Part shown: positions 27,804 through 39,700 of the stretch, one piece after another
Position numbering within the stretch: the first letter of the stretch is position 1
How the letters are laid out: the number at the start of each line of letters is the position of its first letter
Assembly: GCA_028688325.1 (NCBI GenBank)
Contig: JAQTYI010000001.1
Coordinates: 31,088-95,087 of the forward strand
Reading direction: 5' to 3'
Length of the DNA stretch: 64,000 nucleotides
Source of the DNA: Candidatus Portnoybacteria bacterium
GTDB lineage: Bacteria; Patescibacteriota; Minisyncoccia; Portnoybacterales; GWB1-42-6
Position numbers and translations under genes: made by a program
The notes under the pieces: generated by a model
Seen by the model: the letters and a program-made list of their open reading frames with translations, nothing else
Database searches by the model: none
What the model was told of the DNA's origin: nothing

Positions 27804-28538
27804 TTAAATTATTTTTTTAAAATCTTCCAGCGCCTTAGCGGGATCGTCGTCGGCAAAAATCGCCGAGCCAACAACTAAAAAACCAGCGCCGGCTTCAGCC
27901 AGCTTTAAAATATTTTCTTTATTCACTCCTCCATCCACTCCTATTTTAACATCGGGATACTTTTGCCGCAATAAAATAATTTTGGGGATAACGCTCTCTT
28001 CGAATTTTTGCCCGCCCTGCCCCGGCTTGACGCTCATCAGAAGAACCATATCAATCTCGCTGATGAAATTATTCAGCACGGTTATCGGCGTTTCCAGGTT
28101 CAGCGCCACGCCGAATTCCTTGTTGTTCCTGTGCGCTTCTTGCGCAAGATTGGAAATCGGAAAACCCGCGCCAACCTGCGTTTTATACGGTAAAATTTCG
28201 TGATTGTGTATTTTCTCTATCGCCTCCCAATGCAAAATGACTCGTCCGACCTTGCTGTTTAGCCACTCATTCAAAACCCGATGGGGATTATCCACCATCA
28301 AGTGCGCCTCCAAAAAAAGATTTGTTTCTAATTTTTCCAGATCATTTACTGAGGGTTTACCCTGAGCGAGTCCCGAGCCGTGGTCGAGGAACGAGTCGAG
28401 GGGCCAGGTTTTATCGGACACAAAAATACCGTCCATAACATCAAGCTGAACGGTCTTCGCGCGCCTCTCAACGAGTTTGATTTTTTCCTTTAACTCGTTA
28501 AAATCTTTAGCAATGATGGCGGGAATGATTTCTGACAT
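27804..28538 (-). CDS. rpe: Ribulose-phosphate 3-epimerase (with in-frame palindromic insert)
   Basis: QLDVMDGIFV, EAHLMV, MSVKPGQGGQKF, VDGGV. Confidence 0.93.
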   Translation of the reverse strand: MSEIIPAIIAKDFNELKEKIKLVERRAKTVQLDVMDGIFVSDKTWPLDSFLDHGSGLAQGKPSVNDLEKLETNLFLEAHLMVDNPHRVLNEWLNSKVGRVILHWEAIEKIHNHEILPYKTQVGAGFPISNLAQEAHRNNKEFGVALNLETPITVLNNFISEIDMVLLMSVKPGQGGQKFEESVIPKIILLRQKYPDVKIGVDGGVNKENILKLAEAGAGFLVVGSAIFADDDPAKALEDFKKII

Positions 28539-28635
28539 AAATTCCTAATGTCTAATGAAATACCCAATGCCAAATGTCCAAATGTCCCGCAGAGCGGGAC
28601 TGAATTAGAAATTAGTAATTAGAAATTTGACATTT

Positions 28636-29076
28636 TTATTCTTCCATCTCCTCCGCTTTCCTCAGCCGTCTTATATGCCGCTCGTCTTCGGAAAATTCCG
28701 TATCCAGCCAAATCTTCACGGCTTTCTTGGCGGTCTCGGCATCCGTCACCCGGCCGCCCAGGCATATCACATTTGCGTTCAGATGATCCGCCGCGTCCTG
28801 AGCCGTAAATTCGTTATAGACGACAACAGCCCGGATTCCCGCCACTTTATTGGCGGCCATGCACATCCCCTGCCCCGTGCCGCAGATCAAGATCCCGCCG
28901 GCGTTTTCATCCTGCACAACTTGCTCGGCTAATTTTAAAGCATAGTCGGGATAATCGTCCGCCAAGTCCAATTCGTCGGCACCCAAATCAACCGTTTCAT
29001 AGCCCTCTTTGGCCAAAAATTCTTTTAATTCCTCTTTTAGCGGATACCCGCCATGATCCGCGGCGATGTAAAGCAT
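28636..29076 (-). CDS. rpiB: Ribose-5-phosphate isomerase B
   Basis: AADHGG, DYPD, ICGTGQG, NANVICLG. Confidence 0.95.
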   Translation of the reverse strand: MLYIAADHGGYPLKEELKEFLAKEGYETVDLGADELDLADDYPDYALKLAEQVVQDENAGGILICGTGQGMCMAANKVAGIRAVVVYNEFTAQDAADHLNANVICLGGRVTDAETAKKAVKIWLDTEFSEDERHIRRLRKAEEMEE

Positions 29077-29177
29077 AATTAATCGTCATCCTGAGCACAT
29101 TCGCTCCGCTCAGTATAAACTCCGCGAAGGATCTATAATAGATTCTTCGGGCTACGCCCTCAGAATGACAAATTATT

Positions 29178-29816
29178 TTATTTTGACATTTTTCTTCTCC
29201 ATTCCTCAATCTCCTTATGATTCCCTCCCAATAACACCTCCGGCACCTTCCAATCATTAAACTCCTCGGGTCTGGTATATTGCGGATATTCCAGATAACC
29301 ATCAGATGAGAAACTTTCCTCTGCTAAACTATCTTCTTTACCCAAAACGCCTGGTAAAAGCCGCGCCACAGCATCCACCACTATCATAGCAGGAATCTCG
29401 CCGCCCGTCAGCACAAAATTACCCACAGACAGCTCTTCGTCCACTATATGCTCCGCTACCCGCTCGTCCACCCCTTCGTAGCGCCCGCAAATCATTATCA
29501 AGCGGTCATATTCGGCCAGCCGCCTGGCATCAGCTTGCGTGAACGGTTTCCCTTTGGCGGAAAACAATATTAGGCGATCATTACTCTTTTTCTTTATGGC
29601 TTTAACGGCTTTATAAATCACATCCACCTTCATCACCATTCCCGGCCCGCCGCCATAAGGACTATCATCCACTTTTTTATGCTTGTCGCTCGCCCACTTG
29701 CGCAAATCATGCGCCTTGATTTTTATCAACTTTTTCTTCTGCGCCCGCGCCAAAATGCTCTCGCCAAAATACGAGTCGAAGATTTTCGGAAAAATTGTAA
29801 TGATGTCAAATTTCAT
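29178..29816 (-). CDS. trmD: tRNA (guanine-37-N1)-methyltransferase
   Basis: DDSPYGGGPGMV, CGRYEGVDER, VLTGGE, YPQYTRP. Confidence 0.97.
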   Translation of the reverse strand: MKFDIITIFPKIFDSYFGESILARAQKKKLIKIKAHDLRKWASDKHKKVDDSPYGGGPGMVMKVDVIYKAVKAIKKKSNDRLILFSAKGKPFTQADARRLAEYDRLIMICGRYEGVDERVAEHIVDEELSVGNFVLTGGEIPAMIVVDAVARLLPGVLGKEDSLAEESFSSDGYLEYPQYTRPEEFNDWKVPEVLLGGNHKEIEEWRRKMSK

Positions 29817-29883
29817 AGACAAAACAAAAGCCGCGCTATTTATAGAATAGCACGGCTTTTGCGTAATTGCGAAGCAAATTCGA

Positions 29884-30210
29884 TTAGAATTTCAGATCGT
29901 CAACCATCTGGTCGACATTTCTCGCAGGGGCTTCGGAGCGTTCGCGGACGACTCTGCCGCCTTCCGGCTCTTCGATCTTGAAATTGATGCGAGCGTTGTG
30001 CTTGGCACCAATGACTCGAAGCAGTGTGCGGATTGCGCGAGCTGTGCCACCCTGGCGGCCGATAACCTGACCCATATCCTGGGGATTGACCTTGAGAGTC
30101 AAAAGAACTCCCATTTCGTCAATCTTGCGGTCGGTTGAGACCTCTTCCGGGTGATCAACTAAACCCTTGATCACAAACTCCACAAACTCCTGATCGGCGT
30201 ATTTAGCCAT
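29884..30210 (-). CDS. khpA: KH-domain RNA-binding protein
   Basis: DMGQVIGRQGGTARAIR; rpsP-khpA-trmD order. Confidence 0.9.
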   Translation of the reverse strand: MAKYADQEFVEFVIKGLVDHPEEVSTDRKIDEMGVLLTLKVNPQDMGQVIGRQGGTARAIRTLLRVIGAKHNARINFKIEEPEGGRVVRERSEAPARNVDQMVDDLKF

Positions 30211-30557
30211 ATCTTTCTTTCCGTATATTTATGTAATTTTTAATTTAGTAGCCGACCTGTCCATCCGTTTATGGCGGAGAACTGTCTACTATTATCCACA
30301 ATATAGCATTTTAAAAATGTAGTGTCAATTTTCTCGCATTCTCTCCCCTCTTTTCGTAAAGAGGGGTTGGGGGGGAGATTTAGTTTCTTATTTTTTTACA
30401 AATAAAAAAGGAGAACGGTTTTCCGCTCTCCTCTCGCGTTATTCAAAAAAGTAAATAAAATTCACGCAGTCATAAAATTCACGCAGTCAGAGTGCGTGAG
30501 ATTACTCTATTATAGGTCCTTCGGTCGCTGCTGCTCCCTCAGGATGACAGAATACCG

Positions 30558-30962
30558 TTATTCTGTTTTAACTTCTTCCGCCGATTTTTCTTTTTTCGGC
30601 TCTTGCGCAACAGGGGCTTCGGCCGACTTGGCTTTGGCATCCTCGGCGGCCTTGATCGCGTCGGCTTCTTTCGCTTTTCTGGCTTCAACGGTTTTTTTCT
30701 TTGGGTGCCAGGCCTTGACTTTGGCGCCGGTGATTATTTTCTCGTTCACGAAAAGATTATGCACGGTGTCGGACATCTGCGCGCCCTTGGAAATCCAGTA
30801 CTGGATGCGTTCTGTTTTCAATTGCTTGGCTTTCTCTATCGGGCTATAGGAACCTAATATTTCGATGAACTTCCCGTTAACGGGATTTGTTTTCTCAGTC
30901 AAAACAACCCTGAACGAGGGTTGATTCTTTTTGCCGATCCTGGTCAATCTGATTACGAGCAT
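30558..30962 (-). CDS. rpsP: 30S ribosomal protein S16
   Basis: MLVIRLTRIGKKNQPSFRVV...GAQMSDTV. Confidence 0.96.
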   Translation of the reverse strand: MLVIRLTRIGKKNQPSFRVVLTEKTNPVNGKFIEILGSYSPIEKAKQLKTERIQYWISKGAQMSDTVHNLFVNEKIITGAKVKAWHPKKKTVEARKAKEADAIKAAEDAKAKSAEAPVAQEPKKEKSAEEVKTE

Positions 30963-31162
30963 AAAATATAAAATTAATTAACTATTAAAAGATATACGAA
31001 AAACGATAAAATGTCAAATGACGAATGACTAATGACAAATCAATTTCAAAGCCCAAAATCCAAATTTTGACATTGGACATTAGGATTTTATTTGTCATTT
31101 GTCATTGGAAATTAGTCATTTAAGACAAGTTCCTTCGCTTCGTTCAGGATGACAAATTGGCC

Positions 31163-31867
31163 CTACTTCCCGCTCGCCCCGTTCCACCCCTTGGCCGCCA
31201 GCGCGTTTTCAGCCGCTTTTTGCTGGGCATCCTGCTTGGAAACCCCCTCGCCCTCAGCTACCAGCTCATCATTCAAATATACCCCTATCTTAAAATTCTT
31301 TGCGTGATCCGGCCCCCACTCTTTCAAGACCTCGTAGCTCGGCGTGATGCCCGCCCGCTCCTGCGCCTCTTCCTGGAACATGCTTTTGGCGTCGCGATAC
31401 GCTCCTTCTTTCAGAATTTCCGGCAGATGAGCCAAGATATTTTTTTCTATGAACTCGCCCGCCACCTCGATTCCCTGGTCCAGGAATATCGCGCCGATAA
31501 GCGCTTCCATCGTGTTGGCTAAAATATACTGGCGCGCCCGGCCGATATCTTTGGATTCGCCGCGGCTTAACATCAAAAAATCATTAAGACCGATGGCTTC
31601 GGCGATTTCCGCTAATTTTTTAGCGTTGACCAAAGCGGCGCGCCAATTGGTCAGCTCGCCTTCGGGATTGGGATAGGTCGCGTAGAGATGCTTGGTGACG
31701 ACCAATTCCAGCACCGCGTCGCCCAAAAATTCCAACCGCTCGTTATGGGGCAACTGGAAATCAGGATTTTCATTCAGAAAAGACCGGTGCACGAACGCCT
31801 GCTGCAGCAGATCCTTATTTTTAAAAGATACGCCTATCTTATTCTCGAGTTTAAATAGCTCCTTCAT
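31163..31867 (-). CDS. rnc: Ribonuclease III
   Basis: NERLEFLGDAVL plus dsRBD; start reset to MKELFKLE. Confidence 0.96.
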   Translation of the reverse strand: MKELFKLENKIGVSFKNKDLLQQAFVHRSFLNENPDFQLPHNERLEFLGDAVLELVVTKHLYATYPNPEGELTNWRAALVNAKKLAEIAEAIGLNDFLMLSRGESKDIGRARQYILANTMEALIGAIFLDQGIEVAGEFIEKNILAHLPEILKEGAYRDAKSMFQEEAQERAGITPSYEVLKEWGPDHAKNFKIGVYLNDELVAEGEGVSKQDAQQKAAENALAAKGWNGASGK

Positions 31868-31994
31868 TACAAAATCCAAATGACAAAATCCAAATGACCA
31901 ATCAATGACCAAGCCCTAAATCCCAAAAATTCATTTTGACATTAGGATTTGGGATTTTATTTGTCATTGGGACTTTGACATTTGACATTAAAAA

Positions 31995-32432
31995 TTACTC
32001 GTCTTTCTGCGGCTCGCCAATCTCGCGGTATACGGTTCCCAAAACTCCGTTGACGAATTTGCCCGATGATTCGCCACTAAAACTCTTGGCCAGTTCAATG
32101 GCTTCATTGATAGCCACTTTTGGCGGCACCTCCCGGCGGTCGCCCAGCAAAAGCTCATAAAGTCCCAAGCGCAAGATGTTGCGGTCGGTGATGGTTATCT
32201 GCTCCAAGGGCCATTCCGGAGCGGATTTTTCGATTATCTTATCGAGCTTGGGATAATTTTCCGCCACGCCCTTAACCAGCCGCTGGATGAAATCCGCGCC
32301 GTCCATTCCGGGCCCAAATTCAGCCGTATTTTTAGCCACCGCTTCCTTTAATTTATTCTCGTCCTTGCCCCAAAAATCCCACTCATAGAGCGATTGCATG
32401 GCGATGGATCTGGCAAGGTGTCTGTTGGCCAT
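31995..32432 (-). CDS. nusB: Transcription antitermination factor NusB
   Basis: [29 protein letters not shown]. Confidence 0.96.
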   Translation of the reverse strand: MANRHLARSIAMQSLYEWDFWGKDENKLKEAVAKNTAEFGPGMDGADFIQRLVKGVAENYPKLDKIIEKSAPEWPLEQITITDRNILRLGLYELLLGDRREVPPKVAINEAIELAKSFSGESSGKFVNGVLGTVYREIGEPQKDE

Positions 32433-32534
32433 ATTTTCCTTATGTCATTCCGAGTATAGCGAGGAATCTCCCGCGAATGCGGGGCCGCCCATTCGGGCGA
32501 GATCCCTCGTCGCTACGCTCCTCGGGATGACAAT

Positions 32535-32798
32535 CTATTTATGCTCGTGTTCTTCATGAGCGGCTTCTTCCTGCGCCGCCAGCTCTTTCTGGCGCTTTTT
32601 CTGCTCGCGCTTGGTGAGCTTTTTCATCACATCCAAAACTTCGCGGCCTTTATAAGTGCCGCAATTTTTGCAGGCGATGTGCGGCAAAACGGGCTGGCCG
32701 CATTTAGGGCAACTCTTAACTCCTGTTGTTTTCAGCGCTTGGTGAGACCGCTGCCTGTTTCTTTTTGATTTGGTGTGTCGTTGTCGTGGTACCGGCAT
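32535..32798 (-). CDS. rpmF: 50S ribosomal protein L32
   Basis: MPVPRQRHTKSKRNRQRSH...CPKCG..PHIACKNCGTYKG. Confidence 0.95.
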   Translation of the reverse strand: MPVPRQRHTKSKRNRQRSHQALKTTGVKSCPKCGQPVLPHIACKNCGTYKGREVLDVMKKLTKREQKKRQKELAAQEEAAHEEHEHK

Positions 32799-32891
32799 AT
32801 CTTTAAAATTTCTAAATCCTAATTTCTAATTTCTAAACCAATCCTCGCTCCGCGAGGACTTCATTAGACATTAGATATTAGAAATTTGTCA

Positions 32892-34970
32892 TTATTTAGT
32901 GAACGGTATCAGCCCCATATTGTCCAAATAGCTTCTGGCGCTTTTGTTGTTCGGCTCAATTTCCAAAACTTTTTGCCAGGCGCGGCGCGCTCCGGAAAAA
33001 TCCCCCTCCTGATAATAAATCCTGCCCAGCGGCAGATAAGCATCAATATATCCGTCGTCCAATTCTATCGCCTTTTTGAAATAGGCCTTGCTTCGTTCGG
33101 TATCGTTTTTTGCCTCGCAGAGCATCCCGTTCGCCAGCCAAACCTGCTTGGCGCCGGGATTTTGTTCCAGCGCCCGGTCAAATGCCTGAATGGCCAAATC
33201 GTTAAGGCCCGCTGTTTGGAAAAACGAACCCAAACGCACTGAATCAAAAAAATCATTGTCGACCAAGTATTTGTAAATATACCGGCCTAAATTTTCTTGA
33301 TTCAAGGCGTATTTGAGGATCAAGGGTTTATTGGCTTGATTGTCCCGGGCCCAGATAACGATTGCCGAGTCGAGATAAACCATCTTCCAGCCGCTCCTTT
33401 GCACCATCCGGCGAATAAATGATTGCCCCCAGGGAGTCGCGTCGGTATGGGCGAAAAAAACAAAATTTATCCCATAGGTATCATCTGCGTATTTTTGCCA
33501 GGCCGCATCGCCTGTCTGCATCGGAATATATACCGATTGAAAAAAATCCGCCGGATACGCTTCGGGCCGGCCGTCAATAAAAACTTTGTAATCGGGCCAG
33601 GCCTTCCAAATAAGAAAACCGCCGATATCAAAATTATTGAACATGGGGCCGGAAACCCTATTCTGTTTTAAAAAATCAATCGCCGCATCCGCTCCCGCCG
33701 GGATGCCCAAGCCGAAGCGCTCGCTTTCCATTGATTTTAAGTAAAAACGGTTGGAAACAACCGAGTAAATACTCCCAATTAAAATAACAAAAATAAGGGC
33801 AATGGTCAAGAGATGCGCGACGCCTCTCAGCCGGATTTTCTCCCATCTGGCAAAATATCTGGCATATTGCTCGCGAGCACAAGCAAAATTAGCCGATAAA
33901 ACCGGGATAGCCGCCAGCCCCAACAACGGAAAATTGCGTATAGCCGACCAAGAAGTTATAACGAAAAATACCGATAAAAACAAATAAAACGGCCTCATCT
34001 TGCGCCAATTGAACAAAAAAGAGACAGCCAGCGCCGCCAGCGTTATTTTAAAAAAAATGATCGCGGGATTGAACATCAGCTTCTCCAAAAAGAACGGCGA
34101 CTGATTTTCCGCGATGGAATAGCCGTAGTTGTTAAAAATATAAAAGGGATAAAGTGCGCCGCGCCAAACATTGGGGTTTGCCAGCGCCGCCGCGCCGGCG
34201 AGCAACCCAAGCAAAATAACCTGCGCCATATAACGGTCCAATTTTTTCTGCCGCGCCAAAAGATACACGGCGCGGCGGCGCATCCAGAGCCGATCCAGAA
34301 AAAAGAAAAATATCAGCGCAAGGCCGTAGATAAAAGAAATATGCAAATTGACCCAAAGCAGCTCCAGCGGGATAAGTAGCCAAAAAGACCGGGAGATTTT
34401 TTCTTTATTTTTGTCCAGGATAAAAAGAAACAGAGCGAAAAGCAAAAATCCGAAGGTCTCGGGCCTGATATCCGTGCGCTCCAAAATCAATCCCGCGCCG
34501 AGAATTGCCGCCAAAATGGAAAAAATTAAATATTTTTTTCGCCAAGCCAGCTTCCAGACCAGCGCAAACGCCGCCAAAATGATTAAAGCGTTAAAAATTA
34601 TGAGGCCCTTAATGCCAATGGCCAAAGACAGCAAATAATAAATGACTTCGCTCAGCCAGTGATGATTGACGAATGGAAAGTTGGGATTGGTATAAGAAAA
34701 AAAGTTGGTATCCGGGATCTGCTTAGTATGCCAAATTAATTCGCCCAATTTCAAATGCCGGCCCAAATCCTGATTCACGGCCGAAGCGCTGTGAATTAAA
34801 AAAACCGCCAATGTCATCAAGACCAGCTCGACTAATATCCACTTCGAAACGACCGGCCAGCCGAGATCAAACTGGCGGCGATCGACGCTTTTTTTATTTT
34901 TTGGCGCCTCGACCGGCTGCGAAAATCTTTGATCGTCGGGGATCAATTGAAACATATTTTTATTATACAT
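32892..34970 (-). CDS. Polytopic membrane protein (GT-C-like) with C-terminal TPRs
   Basis: DLGRHLKLG, HHWLSE, RPE, LWVNLH, FIDGRPEAY; TPR tail. Confidence 0.8.
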   Translation of the reverse strand: MYNKNMFQLIPDDQRFSQPVEAPKNKKSVDRRQFDLGWPVVSKWILVELVLMTLAVFLIHSASAVNQDLGRHLKLGELIWHTKQIPDTNFFSYTNPNFPFVNHHWLSEVIYYLLSLAIGIKGLIIFNALIILAAFALVWKLAWRKKYLIFSILAAILGAGLILERTDIRPETFGFLLFALFLFILDKNKEKISRSFWLLIPLELLWVNLHISFIYGLALIFFFFLDRLWMRRRAVYLLARQKKLDRYMAQVILLGLLAGAAALANPNVWRGALYPFYIFNNYGYSIAENQSPFFLEKLMFNPAIIFFKITLAALAVSFLFNWRKMRPFYLFLSVFFVITSWSAIRNFPLLGLAAIPVLSANFACAREQYARYFARWEKIRLRGVAHLLTIALIFVILIGSIYSVVSNRFYLKSMESERFGLGIPAGADAAIDFLKQNRVSGPMFNNFDIGGFLIWKAWPDYKVFIDGRPEAYPADFFQSVYIPMQTGDAAWQKYADDTYGINFVFFAHTDATPWGQSFIRRMVQRSGWKMVYLDSAIVIWARDNQANKPLILKYALNQENLGRYIYKYLVDNDFFDSVRLGSFFQTAGLNDLAIQAFDRALEQNPGAKQVWLANGMLCEAKNDTERSKAYFKKAIELDDGYIDAYLPLGRIYYQEGDFSGARRAWQKVLEIEPNNKSARSYLDNMGLIPFTK

Positions 34971-34996
34971 TAAAATAATGATAAATAAAAAATCGC

Positions 34997-35728
34997 TTAG
35001 CCATCAAAAGATTCTTTTTTACAAGGCACGAAACTCCGCCGATGTATGGAGCAGGCGCCGTATTGTCCGATGGCCGCCATATGCGCTCGCGTGCCATAGC
35101 CCTTATGAGAATCAAAGCCGTATTGCGGAAATTTGGCATGATATTTTAACATCAGCCGGTCGCGCGTGACTTTGGCGATAATGGAGGCCGCGGCGCAAGA
35201 CCAGATCTTTTCGTCTCCGCGAGTTACGGCTTTTTGGCTGACAGACAGGTCTTCCAATAAAAAATTGCCGTCCAGCAGGAGATAATCCGGCTCCCCTTTC
35301 AAGTCAACCAGCGCCCGCTTCATCGCCAGCTTTGTCGCTTCCAGAATATTTATCCGGTCGATTATTTTTTCCGAAACGATGCCGATGCCATATTTTATAT
35401 CGGGGCTGGCGGCCAAGATTTCAAACCACCTTTCTCGCTGATTGGCGGAAAGCTTTTTAGAATCGCGGATTTGAAGCCGCTTTTCTGTCCTTCTCGCGCC
35501 ACGCCCCTCGGTAGCCATGGGCGAAGGAGGGAAAGCGGGACTCCAGGGCCTGGATCCCGGGTCAAGCCCGGGATGACAAATCAGGACCGCCGCAGCAACC
35601 ACCGGTCCGGCCAGCGGCCCGCGGCCGACCTCGTCCAGGCCGACCACAAAATCATAGCCCTGCCGCCAAAGCTTTTGCTCATAACTGAAATCCGGATTTA
35701 TGGATTTTTGCTCTGCCAGTATTATCAT
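34997..35728 (-). CDS. rnhB: Ribonuclease HII (with in-frame palindromic insert)
   Basis: GLDEVGRGPLAGPVVAAA, DSKKLS, AAASIIAKVTRD, HKGYGT. Confidence 0.95.
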   Translation of the reverse strand: MIILAEQKSINPDFSYEQKLWRQGYDFVVGLDEVGRGPLAGPVVAAAVLICHPGLDPGSRPWSPAFPPSPMATEGRGARRTEKRLQIRDSKKLSANQRERWFEILAASPDIKYGIGIVSEKIIDRINILEATKLAMKRALVDLKGEPDYLLLDGNFLLEDLSVSQKAVTRGDEKIWSCAAASIIAKVTRDRLMLKYHAKFPQYGFDSHKGYGTRAHMAAIGQYGACSIHRRSFVPCKKESFDG

Positions 35729-35796
35729 GGCACAATTCTAACATATTTTGCTGCTTGCTTGTGCGGCAAAGCAAAATTGCCTATAATATAAAGCAT

Positions 35797-35929
35797 ATGC
35801 CAGGTAGTGAAAATTTGACGGGTTATTTTTTCCGTAAAAATCCTGCCGAATCTTTACAACCTCGGCAAATATGTATATATAATAAATTTGACTTATTAAT
35901 TATTTAGTCAAATTTCTACTACCTGGTAT
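35797..35929. mobile_element. MITE-like element (CCAGGTAGT terminal inverted repeats) at the start codon of 35928
   Basis: ATGCCAGGTAGTGAAAATTTGAC...GTCAAATTTCTACTACCTGGTAT(G). Confidence 0.8.
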
Positions 35930-36533
35930 GGCGGAAAATAAATTAGGCCTCAATTGGTCGGCCGCGGAAAAAGCCCTGGCCGAAGGAACTTTTTCTGGCT
36001 ACAAAATCGGCATACTGGAAACCGAAAAGATATTCGAGGAGTTGCTCAAGAATAAGCAGATCCCCGGCGGCTCAACCGAACGCAAAATAAAATACATTCA
36101 GCGCTTTTTAAGCTTGCCGGATAAGCTGGATTACAGCCAGCATGTTTATGAGCGCATCCTGCACGAGCCGCATTTTGAGATATCGCGCGAAGAAACAAAG
36201 CACATAATTTCCGGCTACTGGCAGGCCATGCTGGACATTGAAGAAGCGGTCGCCTCTTTGAGCATGCGGGAAAAAATTTCACTAAGAGCCCGATATATTT
36301 CAGCTATGGCGGTAAAAAATGCGCGCAATGTTGTTTTGGCGATTTTGGGCGTCTCCGCTGTTATCTGGTTCCTGGCCGAAACGAATATCGGCAAAAAGAT
36401 CGCCTCTGTAATTATTGCCGCCAATCATTTTTTTATTTTTAAATTTCTGTTCTGGACAATGGTCATATTGGCAATACTGCTGGTCATCGGCGGCGTACTG
36501 TATTTTTTGACAAGAAGGAAGAAGCGCTTTTAG
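35928..36533 (+). CDS. Hypothetical membrane protein
   Basis: 201 aa, two C-terminal TM segments. Confidence 0.75.
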   Translation: MAENKLGLNWSAAEKALAEGTFSGYKIGILETEKIFEELLKNKQIPGGSTERKIKYIQRFLSLPDKLDYSQHVYERILHEPHFEISREETKHIISGYWQAMLDIEEAVASLSMREKISLRARYISAMAVKNARNVVLAILGVSAVIWFLAETNIGKKIASVIIAANHFFIFKFLFWTMVILAILLVIGGVLYFLTRRKKRF

Positions 36534-36720
36534 AATGCCAAATGACGAATGCCTAATGACTAATCAATACCAGCTTCGCTGGTATCCCGCAGTTGCGGGA
36601 TGATTGCCGAGGCAATCAAAGCTCAAAATCCAAATTTGACATTGAGGCATTGGGATTTTATTTGTCATTAGTCATTGGAAATTTGTCATTTCATAAAATT
36701 TTACCAAATCACATCCGATA

Positions 36721-39700
36721 ATGAAGTTTACCCACCTCCATGTCCACTCCCACTATTCCCTGCTCGACGGTCTCGCCAAGATAGACGGGCTTGTCGACCG
36801 CGCGCTGAAATTAGGAATGGATTCGCTGGCTTTAACCGACCACGGCTCGCTTTACGGCGCGGTGGAGTTTTACAAAAAAGCCAAAGCCAAGGGGCTAAAG
36901 CCCATAATCGGTACGGAGCTTTATGTGGCGCCGGAAAAACTGACTGATAAGCGCCCTCGCATAGATGATAAAAATTACCATTTAATCTTGTTGGTTAAAA
37001 ACAAGACCGGATATCAAAATCTGGTTTTTTTGATGACCGAGGCCTGGCTCAAGGGATTTTATTACAAGCCCCGCATCGACAAGGACTTGCTGCGCGGCCG
37101 CGCCGAAGGCCTCATCGCCTCTTCCGCGTGTTTGGCCGGTGAAATTCCTCAGGCCATATTAAAAGGCAATCTCGATAAAGCGAAAGAGTTGGCTTTGGAA
37201 TACCAGGAAATTTTCGGCGCAGGCAATTTTTTTCTGGAATTGCAACACCATGCCAATTTGCCCGAGCAAGCCAAGGTCAACGCCGAACTTATAAAAATAA
37301 GCAAGAAAACCGGCGTGCCGCTGGTCGCGACAAACGATGTTCATTATCTAACTCCCGATCAGGCCCAAGCCCAGGATATATTGATGCTGGTCAACACCAA
37401 CGCGGATATCGACGACCCGGAACGCCTGTCGATGAGAGACAATGATTTTTCTTTGCGCCCACCACAGCAATTGATCGATTATTTCCAAGATGTTCCCGAA
37501 GCCATCTCAAACACACAAAAAATCGTCCAGCAATGCAACTTTGAATTCGAGCTGGGCAAATACCAGCTGCCGCATTTTAAAGTGCCGACCAAACAAACGC
37601 CCGAAGCGTTCTTGAAAGAACTTGCCTACAAAGGCATCAGCCACCGCTATCCAGGACAGACCAGCCAAGAAGTTCTGGAGCGGCTTGAATATGAGCTGGG
37701 AGTCATCAACAAGATGGGCTTCGCTTCGTATTTTTTAATCGTGCAAGATTTTGTCAATTGGGCAAAAAACCAGGGCATAGGTGTCGGCCCCGGCCGCGGT
37801 TCGGCCGCCGGCTCCATTGTCGCCTACCTTTTAAACATCACAGAGATAGAACCCTTAAAATACGACTTGCTGTTTGAAAGATTTTTGAATCCCGAACGCA
37901 TTTCCATGCCGGATATCGATTTGGATTTTGCCGACAATCGCCGGGACGAGGTCATCGCGTATGTGCGCCAAAAATACGGCGATGACCATGTGGCTCAGAT
38001 CATCACCTTCGGAACTATGGCGGCCCGCGCGGCCATCCGCGACACCGGCCGCGCCATGGGCGTGGCGTATCTCCTTTGCGACCAAGTGGCCAAAAGTATT
38101 CCCTTCGGCCTGACGCTGGACAAAGCTCTCACCGACTCCCAGGAATTCAAACAGCTTTATGATTCCGACGAGCAAGTCAAAAAACTTATAGATACCGCCT
38201 TGGTGTTGGAAGGCGTGGCGCGCCACGCTTCCACCCACGCGGCTGGAGTCCTTATTACCAAAGACCCGTTAAATACCATCGTGCCCTTGCAGCGGCCGAC
38301 GCAAGACAGGGAAAACGGCGGCAATGTTTCCCAATACGAAATGCATGCCATTGAAGACCTGGGTCTTTTGAAAATGGACTTTTTGGGGTTGAAAACCCTA
38401 ACCCAGATAGAAAATACTGTTAATATCATCAAAAATACCAAGGGCGAAAAAATAAATGCGGGCGCGCTGGCGTTGGATGATAAAAAAACCTACAAGCTTC
38501 TGCAAGAAGCGAAAACCACGGGCGTGTTCCAGCTGGAATCGGGCGGAATGAAACGGAATCTGAAGGAATTAAAGCCCACGGTTTTTGAAGATATTATCGC
38601 CATGGTGGCATTATACCGGCCCGGCCCGATGGACTTCATTCCGGATTTCATCGCGCGCAAACACGGCCACAAAAAAATCGAATATATCCACCCGGCGCTG
38701 GAAGGCATCATCGGCAACACCTACGGCGTCGTCGTCTATCAAGAGCAAGTCATGGCCATTGCCAGCCGCTTGGCCGGCTTTACCATGCCCGAAGCCGACA
38801 CGCTGCGCAAAGCCATGGGCAAAAAGATAAAAAAACTCATGGACGAGCAGCGCGAAAAACTCATCCAGGGCATGACGCGCAATAATATCACCGGCGGCAT
38901 CGCCGAAAAGATATGGGAATTCATCGAGCCCTTTGCCCAATATGGCTTCAACAAAGCGCACGCCACCTGCTACGCCCTGCTCGGATATCAGACCGCGTAT
39001 CTTAAAGCCCACTACCCGACGGAATTTATGGCCGCGTTGATGAATTCCGAATCCGACGATATCGAGCGCATCGCTTTTTTAGTGGACGAATGCCGACAGA
39101 TGAAGATCGATGTTCTGCCGCCCGACATCAATGAAAGTTTGGGTTCGTTTACCGTGATGAAAGACGGCGCCATCCGTTTCGGGCTGAAGGCCGTGAAAAA
39201 TGTCGGTTCCAATGTGGTGGATGCCATTGTTAAAGAAAGAAAACAAAACGGCGCGTTCAAAACCATCGCCGAAGTCATTGAAAGAGTGAAGGACAAGGAC
39301 TTGAACAAAAAATCTTTGGAAAGCTTAATAAAATGCGGCGCGCTGGACGCCATCGGCGAACGCGGCCAATTTTTGGCGAACCTTGAAGCGTTGTTAAACT
39401 ATGCCCGCGAAGTCCAACGGCCAAAGACCAACGGCCAAGCCAGCTTATTTGGCGGAGCGGAAAATAAAAATCTTCTGCCGCCGCTGAAATTGCAGGAGGC
39501 GGCTCCGGCCGGCAAGAAAGAAAAGCTGGACTGGGAGAAAGAATTGCTGGGGCTTTATGTTTCCGAGCATCCGGCCAGGGAATACGAAAAAGTCATTTTA
39601 CAGCGCGCTTTTATGCCGTCCAAGCTGACGCACGAAATGGTCGGCAAATCCTTGAAAGTCGGCGGCGTTTTGAGCCATGTTAAAAAAATAATCACCAAAG

